Below, piece after piece: positions 1 to 9,900 of a DNA stretch of 64,000 nt; the first letter of the stretch is position 1, and each line of letters begins with the position of its first letter. The notes under the pieces are model-generated. The model was not told the origin of the DNA. It did no database searches and worked only from the letters and a program-made list of their open reading frames with translations. Both the position numbers and the translations under genes were made by a program. The stretch covers positions 164,672,001 to 164,736,000 of the forward strand of contig OZ024742.1 in assembly GCA_964016885.1 (NCBI GenBank), given 5' to 3'. The stretch is from Eledone cirrhosa (Eukaryota).

Positions 1-540
1 CCCGATTTTTTTTACAAATTATCTCCCCCTGATTTTTTTTACAAATTATCTCCCCTTGGACGGCTGGAAATTATCTCCCCTTGGACGGCTGGAAATTATC
101 TCCCCTTGGACGGCTAGAAATTACCTCTCCTTGGACGACTGAAAATTATCTCCCCTTGGACGGCTGCAAATTATCTCCCCTTGATTTTTTTTACAAATTA
201 TCTCCCCCTGATTTTTTTTTACAAATTATCTCCCCCTGATTTTTTTTTTACAAATTATCTCCGCCTGATTTTTTTTTAAAATTATCTCTCCTTGGACGGC
301 TGGATATTATCTCCCCTTTCATTTTTTTTACAAATTATCTCCCCCTGATTTTTTTTTACAAATTATCTCCCCCTGATTTTTTTTTTACAAATTATCTACC
401 CCTAATTTTTTTTTACAAATTATCTCCCCCTGATTTTTTTTACAAATTATCTCCCCCTGATTTTTTTTTTACAAATTATCTCCCCCTGATTTTTTTTACA
501 AATTATCTCCGCCTGATTTTTTTAAATATTATCTTCTCTT

Positions 541-615
541 GGCTGGCGGGAAATTATCTCCCCTTGGACGGCTGAAAATTATCTCCCCTTGGACGGCTGG
601 AAATTATCTCCCCTT
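541..615 (+). repeat. A-cassette type IV (3 monomers, 75 bp), example copy
   Basis: Preceded by TnAAATATTATCTT(C/T); order is GGCTGGCGGG / GGACGGCTGAAAA / canonical. Recurs at about 1355, 4638, 13059, 17668, 29647, 41649 and 59654. Confidence 0.9.
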
Positions 616-778
616 GATTTTTTTTACAAATTATCTCCCCCTGATTTTTTTTTACAAATTATCTGCCCCTGATTTTTTTTACAAATTATCTCCCCCTGAT
701 TTTTTTTTACAAATTATCTCCCCCTGATTTTTTTTACAAATTATCTCCCCCTGATTTTTTTACAAATTATCTCCCCTT

Positions 779-1000
779 GGCTGGCTGGAAATTATCTCCC
801 CTTGGAGGCTGGAATTTATCTCCCCTTGGACGGCTAGAAATTACCTCTCCTTGGACGGCTGGAAAATATGTCCTTGGACGGCTGGATATTATCTACCCTT
901 GGACGGCTGGAAATTATCTCCCCTTGGACGGCTGGAAATTATCTCCCCTTGGACGGCTAGATATTACCTCCCCTTGGACGGCTGGAAATTATCTCCCCTT
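779..1000 (+). repeat. A-cassette type I (9 monomers in fixed variant order), example copy
   Basis: Order is GGCTGGCTGG / GGAGGCTGGAATTT (24 bp) / CTAGAAATTACCTCTCC / GGAAAATATGT(CT)CC / GATATTATCTACCC / canonical / canonical / CTAGATATTACC / canonical. Every 'MAGWKLSPLGGWNLSP' ORF in the track marks a copy of this cassette or of I'. Confidence 0.92.
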
Positions 1001-1354
1001 GATTTTTTTTACAAATTATCCCCCCCTGATTTTTTTTTACAAATTATCTCCCCCTGATTTTTTTTTACAAATTATCTATCCCTGATTTTTTTTTACAAAT
1101 TATCTCCCCCTAATTTTTTTTACAAATTATCTCTCCCTGATTTTTTTTTACAAATTATCTCCCCCTGATTTTTTTTTACAAATTATCTACCCCTGATTTT
1201 TTTTTACAAATTATCTCCCCCTGATTTTTTTTACAAATTATCTCCCCCTGATTTTTTTTACAAATTATCTCCCCCTGATTTTTTTACAAATTATCTCCCC
1301 CCGATTTTTTTTACAAATTATCTCCGCCTAATTTTTTTAAATATTATCTTCCCT
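1001..1354 (+). repeat. Long pure B tract (~13 monomers), example
   Basis: Consecutive GA-T7..9-ACAAATTATCTCCCCCT units. Similar long tracts lie at about 5099-5452, 23115-23467, 30113-30460 and 62781-63134. Confidence 0.9.
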
Positions 1355-1539
1355 TGGCTGGCGGGAAATTATCTCCCCTTGGACGGCTGAAAATTATCTC
1401 CCCTTGGACGGCTGGAAATTATCTCCCCTTGATTTTTTTACAAATTATCTCCCCCTGATTATTTTTTACAAATTATCTCCCCCTGATTTTTTTTTACAAA
1501 TTATCTCCCTCTGATTTTTTTTACAAATTATCTCCCCTT

Positions 1540-1788
1540 GGCTGGCTGGAAATTATCTCCCCTTGGAGGCTGGAATTTATCTCCACTTGGACGGTTAGAA
1601 ATTACCTCTCCTTGGACTGCTGGAAAATATGTCTCCTTGGACGGCTGGAAATTATCTCCCCTTGGACGGCTGGAAATTATCTCCCCTTGGACGGCTGGAA
1701 ATTATCTCTCCTCGGACGACTAGAAATTACCTCTCCTTGGACAGCTGAAAATTATCTCCCCTTGGACGGCTGGAAATTATCTCCCCTT
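1540..1788 (+). repeat. A-cassette type I' (10 monomers), example copy
   Basis: Same 5' half as type I but with GGTTAG; the 3' half is CTCTCCTC-GGACGACTAG / GGACAGCTGAAAA / canonical. Copies at about 5637, 10801, 13270, 18640, 23680, 31460, 35558, 38039, 42213, 44446, 47813, 52357, 54838, 60218 and 63320. Confidence 0.9.
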
Positions 1789-2229
1789 GATTTTTTTTAC
1801 AAATTATCTCCCCCCGATTTTTTTTTACAAATTATCTCCCCCTGATTTTTTTTTACAAATTATCTCCCCCTGATTTTTTTTACAAATTATCTCCCCCTGA
1901 TATTTTTTACAAATTATCTCCCCCTGATTTTTTTACAAATTATCTCCCCTTGGCTGGCTGGAAATTATCTCCCCTTGGAGGCTGGAATTTATCTCCCCTT
2001 GGACGGCTAGAAATTACCTCGCCTTGGACGGCTGGAAAATATGTCTCCTTGGACGACTGGAAATTATCTCCCCTTGGACGGCTGGAAATTATCTCCCCTT
2101 GGACGGCTGGAAATTATCTCCCCTTGGACGGCTAGATATTACCTCCCCTTGGACGGCTGGAAATTATCTCCCCTTGATTTTTTTTACAAATTATCTCCCC
2201 CTGATTTTTTTTTTAAATTATCTCCCCTT

Positions 2230-2354
2230 GAACGGCTGGAAATTATCTCCCCTTGGACGGCTGGAAATTATCTCCCCTTGGACGGCTAGAAATTACCTCT
2301 CCTTGGACGGCTGAAAATTATCTCCCCTTGGACGGCTGCAAATTATCTCCCCTT
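2230..2354 (+). repeat. A-cassette type II (5 monomers, 125 bp), example copy
   Basis: Order is GAACGGCTGG / canonical / CTAGAAATTACCTCTCC / CTGAAAA / CTGCAAA, followed by GATnAAC. Recurs at about 6411, 7559, 8783, 11548, 12771, 14046, 15344 and on to 63783. Confidence 0.9.
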
Positions 2355-5300
2355 GATTTTTTAACAAATTATCTCCCCCTGATTTTTTTTTACAAATTAT
2401 CTCCCCCTGATTTTTTTTTACAAATTATCTACGCCTAATTTTTTTTACAAATTATCTCCCCCTGATTTTTTTTTACAAATTATCTCCCCCTGATTTTTTT
2501 TACAAATTATCTCCCCCTGATTTTTTTTTACAAATTATTTCCCCCTGATTTTTTTACAAATTATCTCCCCCCTGATTTTTTTTACAATCTCCGCCTGATT
2601 TTTGTAAAAATTATCTTGCCTTGGCTGGCGGGAAATTATCTCCCCTTGGACGGCTGGAAATTATATCCCCTTGGACGGCTGGAAATTACCTCCCCTTGGA
2701 CAGCTGGAAATTATCTGCCCTTGATTTTGTTTTTACAAATTATCTCCCCCTGATTTTTTTTACAAATTATCTCCACCTGATTTTTTAAAAAATTATCTCC
2801 CCTTGGACGGCTGGAAATTATCTCCCCTTGATTTTTTTACAAATTATCTCCCCCTGATTTTTTTTACAAATTATCTCCCCCTGATTTTTTTTTACAAATT
2901 ATCTCCCCCTGATTTTTTTACAAATTATCTCCCCCTGATTTTTTTTACAAATTATCTCCGCCTGATTTTTTTAAATATTATCTTCCCTTGGCTGGCGGGA
3001 AATTATCTCCCCTTGGACGGCTGATAATTATCTCCCCTTGGACGGCTGGAAATTATCTCCCCTTGATTTTTTTTACAAATTATCTCCCCCTGATTTTTTT
3101 TTACAAATTATCTCCCCCTGATTTTTTTTACAAATTATCTCCGCCTGATTTTTTTAAATATTATCTTCCCTTGGCTGGCTGGAAATTATCTCCCCTTGGA
3201 GGCTGGAATTTATCTCCCCTTGGACGGCTAGAAATTACCTCTCCTTGGACGGCTGGAAAATATTTCTCCTTGGACGGCTGGATATTATCTACCCTTGGAC
3301 GGGTGGAAATTATCTCCCCTTGGACGGCTGGAAATTATCTCCCCTTGGACGGCTAGATATTACCTCCCCTTGGACGACTGGAAATTATCTCCCCTTGATT
3401 TTTTTTACAAATTATCTCCCCCTGATTTTTTTTTTACAAATTATCTCCCCCTGATTTTTTTACAAATTATCTCCCCCTGATTTTTTTTACAAATTATCTC
3501 CGCCTGATTTTTTTAAATATTATCTTCTCTTGGCTGGCGCGAAATTATCTCCCCTTGGACGGCTGAAAATTATCTCCCCTTGGACGGCTGGAAATTATCT
3601 CCCCTTGATTTTTTTTACAAATTATCTCCCCCTGATTTTTTTTAAAAAATTATCTCCCCCTGATTTTTTTTTACAAATTATCTCCCCCTGATTTTTTTTT
3701 ACAAATTATCTCCCCCTGATTTTTTTTACAAATTATCTCCCCCTGATTTTTTTACAAATTATCTCCCCTTGGCTGGCTGGAAATTATCTCCCCTTGGACA
3801 CTGTAAATTATAGCCCCTTGGAGGGCTGGAAATTATCTTACCTTGGACGGCTGGAAATTATCTCTGCTTGATTTTTTTTACAAATTATCTCCCCCTGATT
3901 TTTTTTTACAAATTATCCCCCCCGATTTTTTTTACAAATTATCTCCCCCTGATTTTTTTTACAAATTATCTCCCCTTGGACGGCTGGAAATTATCTCCCC
4001 TTGGACGGCTGGAAATTATCTCTCCTTGGACGGCTAGAAATTACCTCTCCTTGGACGACTGAAAATTATCTCCCCTTGGACGGCTGCAAATTATCTCCCC
4101 TTGATTTCTTTTACAAATTATCTCCGCCTGATTTTTTTTTTAAAATTATCTCCCCTTGGACGGCTGGAAATTACCTCCCCTTGGACGGCTGGAAATTATC
4201 TCCCCTTGGACGGCTAGAAATTACCTCTCATTGGACGGCTGAAAATTATCTCCCCTTGGACGGCTGGAAATTATCTCCCCTTGATTTTTTTTACAAATTA
4301 TCTCCCCCTGATTTTTTTTTTACAAATTATCTCCGCCTGATTTTTTTTTAAAATTATCTCTCCTTGGACGGCTGGATATTATCTCCCCTTTCATTTTTTT
4401 TACAAATTATCTCCCCCTGATTTTTTTTTACAAATTATCTCCCCCTGATTTTTTTTTACAAATTATCTACCCCTAATTTTTTTTTACAAATTATCTCCCC
4501 CTGATTTTTTTTACAAATTATCTCCCCCTGATTTTTTTTTTACAAATTATCTCCCCCTGATTTTTTTACAAATTATCTCCCCCTGATTTTTTTTACAAAT
4601 TATCTCCGCCTGATTTTTTTAAATATTATCTTCTCTTGGCTGGCGGGAAATTATCTCCCCTTGGACGGCTGAAAATTATCTCCCCTTGGACGGCTGGAAA
4701 TTATCTCCCCTTGATTTTTTTTACAAATTATCTCCCCCTGATTTTTTTTTACAAATTATCTCCCCCTGATTTTTTTTTACAAATTATCTCCCCCTGATTT
4801 TTTTTTACAAATTATCTCCCCCTGATTTTTTTTACAAATTATCTCCCCCTGATTTTTTTACAAATTATCTCCCCTTGGCTGGCTGGAAATTATCTCCCCT
4901 TGGAGGCTGGAATTTATCTCCCCTTGGACGGCTAGAAATTACCTCTCCTTGGACGGCTGGAAAATATGTCCTTGGACGGCTGGATATTATCTACCCTTGG
5001 ACGGCTGGAAATTATCTCCCCTTGGACGGCTGGAAATTATCTCCCCTTGGACGGCTAGATATTACCTCCCCTTGGACGGCTGGAAATTATCTCCCCTTGA
5101 TTTTTTTTACAAATTATCTCCCCCTGATTTTTTTTTACAAATTATCTCCCCCTGATTTTTTTTTACAAATTATCTCCGCCTGATTTTTTTTTACAAATTA
5201 TCTCCCCCTAATTTTTTTTACAAATTATCTCTCCCTGATCTTTTTTTACAAATTATCTCCCCCTGATTTTTTTTTACCAATTATCTACCCCTGATTTTTT

Positions 5301-6804
5301 TTTACAAATTATCTCCCCCTTATTTTTTTTACAAATTATCTCCCCCTGATTTTTTTTACAAATTATCTCCCCCTGATTTTTTTACAAATTATCTCCCCCC
5401 GATTTTTTTTACAAATTATATCCGCCTAATTTTTTAAATATTATCTATCCTTGGCTGGCGGGAAATTATCTCCCCTTGGACGGCTGAAAATTTTCTCCCC
5501 TTGGACGGCTGGAAATTATCTCCCCTTGATTTTTTTACAAATTATCTCCCCCTGATTATTTTTTACAAATTATCTCCCCCTGATTTTTTTTTACAAATTA
5601 TCTCCCTCTGATTTTTTTTACAAATTATCTCCCCTTGGCTGGCTGGAAATTATCTCCCCTTGGAGGCTGGAATTTATCTCCCCTTGGACGGTTAGAAATT
5701 ACCTCTCCTTGGACTGCTGGAAAATATGTCTCCTTGGACGGCTGGAAATTATCTCCCCTTGGACGGCTGGAAATTATCTCCCCTTGGACGGCTGGAAATT
5801 ATCTCTCCTCGGACGACTAGAAATTACCTCTCCTTGGACAGCTGAAAATTATCTCCCCTTGGACGGCTGGAAATTATCTCCCCTTGATTTTTTTTACAAA
5901 TTATCTCCCCCTGATTTATTTTACAAATTATCTCCCCCTGATTTTTTTTTACAAATTATCTCCCCCTGATTTTTTTTACAAATTATCTCCCCCTGATATT
6001 TTTTACAAATTATCTCCCCCTGATTTTTTTACAAATTATCTCCCCTTGGCTGGCTGGAAATTATCTACCCTTGGAGGCTGGAATTTATCTCCCCTTGGAC
6101 GGCTAGAAATTACCTCGCCTTGGACGGCTGGAAAATATGTCTCCTTGGACGGCTGGAAATTATCTCCCCTTGGACGGCTGGAAATTATCTCCCCTTGGAC
6201 GGCTGGAAATTATCTCCCCTTGGACGGCTAGATATTACCTCCCCTTGGACGGCTGGAAATTATCTCCCCTTGATTTTTTTTACAAATTATCTCCCCCTGA
6301 TTTTTTTTTACAAATTATCTCCCCCTGATTTTTTTTTACGAAGTATCTCCCCCTGATTTTTTTTTACAAATTATCTCCGCCTGATTTTTTTTAAAAAATT
6401 ATCTCCCCTTGAACGGCTGGAAATTATCTCCCCTTGGACGGCTGGAAATTATCTCCCCTTGGACGGCTAGAAATTACCTCTCCTTGGACGGCTGAAAATT
6501 ATCTCCCATTGGACGGCTGCAAATTATCTCCCCTTGATTTTTTAACAAATTATCTCCCCCTGATTTTTTTTTACAAATTATCTCCCCCTGATTTTTTTTT
6601 ACAAATTATCTACGCCTAATTTTTTTTACAAATTATCTCCCCCTGATTTTTTTTATACAAATTATCTCCCCCTGATTTTTTTTACAAATTATCTCCCCCT
6701 GATTTTTTTTTACAAATTATTTCCCCCTGATTTTTTTACAAATTATCTCCCCCCTGATTTTTTTTACAATCTCCGCCTGATTTTTTTAAAAATTATCTTC
6801 CCTT

Positions 6805-6954
6805 GGCTGGCGGGAAATTATCTCCCCTTGGACGGCTGGAAATTATATCCCCTTGGAAGGATGGAAATTATCTCCCCTTGGACGGCTGGAAATTATCTCC
6901 CCTTGGACGGCTGGAAATTATCTCCCCTTGGACAGCTGGAAATTATCTGTCCTT
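6805..6954 (+). repeat. A-cassette type III (4-7 monomers), example copy
   Basis: Preceded by a truncated B monomer (TACAATCTCCGCC). Order is GGCTGGCGGG / ATTATATCCCC / GGAAGGATGG / ... / GGACAGCTGG-AAATTATCTG, then GATTTTGTTTTTAC. Copies at about 9176, 9644, 14355, 15738, 40431, 40899, 57231 and 62499. Confidence 0.9.
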
Positions 6955-9900
6955 GATTTTGTTTTTACAAATTATCTCCCCCTGATTTTTTTTACAAATT
7001 ATCTCCACCTGATTTTTTAAAAAATTATCTCCCCTTGGACGGCTGGAAATTATCTCCCCTTGATTTTTTTTACAAATTATCTCCCCCTGATTTTTTTTTA
7101 CAAATTATCTCCCCCTGATTTTTTTTTACAAATTATCTCCCCCTGATATTTTTTACAAATTATCTCCCCCTGATTTTTTTACAAATTATCTCCCCTTGGC
7201 TGGCTGGAAATTATCTCCCCTTGGAGGCTGGAATTTATCTCCCCTTGGACGGCTAGAAATTACCTCGCCTTGGACGGCTGGAAAATATGTCTCCTTGGAC
7301 GGCTGGAAATTATCTCCCCTTGGACGGCTGGAAATTATCTCCCCTTGGACAGCTGGAAATTATCTCCCCTTGGACGGCTAGATATTACCTCCCCTTGGAC
7401 GGCTGGAAATTATCTCCCCTTGATTTTTTTTACAAATTATCTCCCCCTGATTTTTTTTTACAAATTATCTCCCCCGGATTTTTTTTACGAATTATCTCCC
7501 CCCGATTTTTTTTACAAATTATCTCCGGCTGATTTTTTTTTAAAAATTATCTCCCCTTGAACGGCTGGAAATTATCTCCCCTTGGACGGCTGGAAATTAT
7601 CTCCCCTTGGACGGCTAGAAATTACCTCTCCTTGGACGGCTGAAAATTATCTCCCCTTGGACGGCTGCAAATTATCTCCCCTTGATTTTTTAACAAATTA
7701 TCTCCCCCTGATTTTTTTTTACAAATTATCTCCCCCTGATTTTTTTTTACAAATTATCTCCCCCTGATTTTTTTTTACAAATTATCTCCCCCTGATTTTT
7801 TTACAAATTATCTCCCCCTGATTTTTTTTACAATCTCCGCCTGATTTTTTAAAAAATTATCTTCCCTTGGCTGGCGGGAAATTATCTCCCCTTGGACGGC
7901 TGGAAATTATCTCCCCTTGGACGGCTGGAAATTATCTCCCCTTGGACAGCTGGAAATTATCTGCCCTTGATTTTGTTTTTACAAATTATCTCCCCCTGAT
8001 TTTTTTTACAAATTATCTCCACCTGATTTTTTAAAAAATTATCTCCCCTTGGACGGCTGGAAATTATCTCCCCTTGATTTTTTTACAAATTATCTCCCCC
8101 TGATTTTTTTTACAAATTATCTCCCCCTGATTTTATGTTACAAATTATCTCCCCCTGATTTTTTTACAAATTATCTCCCCCTGATTTTTTTTACAAATTA
8201 TCTCCGCCTGATTTTTTTAAATATTATCTTCCCTTGGCTGGCGGGAAATTATCTCCCCTTGGACGGCTGGAAATTATCTCCCCTTGATTTTTTTTACAAA
8301 TTATCTCCCCCTGATTTTTTTTTACAAATTATCTCCCCCTGATTTTTTTTTACAAATTATCTCCCCCTGATTTTTTTTTACAAATTATCTCCCCCTGATT
8401 TTTTTTTACAAATCTCCCCCTGATTTTTTTATAAATTATCTCCCCTTGGCTGGCTGGAAATTATCTCCCCTTGGAGGCTGGAATTTATCTCCCCTTGGAC
8501 GGCTAGAAATTACCTCTCCTTGGATGGCTGGAAAATATGTCTCCTTGGACGGCTGGATATTATCTACCCTTGGACGGCTGGAAATTATCTCCCCTTGGAC
8601 GGCTGGAAATTATCTCCCCTTGGACGGCTAGATATTACCTCCCATTGGACGGCTGGAAATTATCTCCCCTTGATTTTTTTTACTAATTATCTCCCCCTGA
8701 TTTTTTTTTACGAATTATCTCCCCCTGATTTTTTTTTACAAATTATCTCCGCCTGATTTTTTTTTTAAAATTATCTCCCCTTGAACGGCTGGAAATTATC
8801 TCCCCTTGGACGGCTGGAAATTATCTCCCCTTGGACGGCTAGAAATTACCTCTCCTTGGACGGCTGAAAATTATCTCCCCTTGGACGGCTGCAAATTATC
8901 TCCCCTTGATTTTTTTAACAAATTATCTCCCCCTGATTTTTTTTTACAAATTATCTCCCCCTGATTTTTTTTTACAAATTATCTACGCCTAATTTTTTTT
9001 ACAAATTATCTCCCCCTGATTTTTTTTTACAAATTATCTCCCCCTGATTTTTTTTACAAATTATCTCCCCCTGATTTTTTTTACAAATTATCTCCCCCTG
9101 ATTTTTTTACAAATTATCTCCCCCCTGATTTTTTTTACAATCTCCGCCTGATTTTTTTAAAAATTATCTTCCCTTGGCTGGCGGGAAATTATCTCCCCTT
9201 GGACGGCTGGAAATTATATCCCCTTGGAAGGATGGAAATTATCTCCCCTTGGACGGCTGGAAATTATCTCCCCTTGGACGGCTGGAAATTACCTCCCCTT
9301 GGACAGCTGGAAATTATCTGCCCTTGATTTTGTTTTTACAAATTATCTCCCCCTGATTTTTTTTACAAATTATCTCCACCTGATTTTTTTAAAAATTATC
9401 TCCCCTTGGACGGCTGGAAATTATCTCCCCTTGGACGGCTGGAAATTATCTCCCCTTGATTTTTTTTACAAATTATCTCCCCCTGATTTTTTTTTACAAA
9501 TTATCTCCCCCTGATTTTTTTTACAAATTATCTCCCCCTGATTTTTTTTTACAAATTATTTCCCCCTGATTTTTTTACAAATTATCTCCCCCCTGATTTT
9601 TTTTACAATCTCCGCCTGATTTTTTTAAAAATTATCTTCCCTTGGCTGGCGGGAAATTATCTCCCCTTGGACGGCTGGAAATTATATCCCCTTGGAAGGA
9701 TGGAAATTATCTCCCCTTGGACGGCTGGAAATTATCTCCCCTTGGACGGCTGGAAATTATCTCCCCTTGGACAGCTGGAAATTATCTGCCCTTGATTTTG
9801 TTTTTACAAATTATCTCCCCCTGATTTTTTTTACAAATTATCTCCACCTGATTTTTTAAAAAATTATCTCCCCTTGGACGGCTGGAAATTATCTCCCCTT

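Noticed and set aside
541-550. Chi-like octamer GCTGGCGG at cassette starts
   Set aside because: It is a 7/8 match to E. coli Chi (GCTGGTGG) and is easily derived from the monomer. There is no sign of a bacterial context, and the mapped breakpoints do not sit at it.
1001-1354. Intrinsic terminators or retroposon poly(A) tails suggested by T tracts
   Set aside because: No GC hairpin precedes the T runs, and there are no target-site duplications or element body. The T runs are integral to monomer B.
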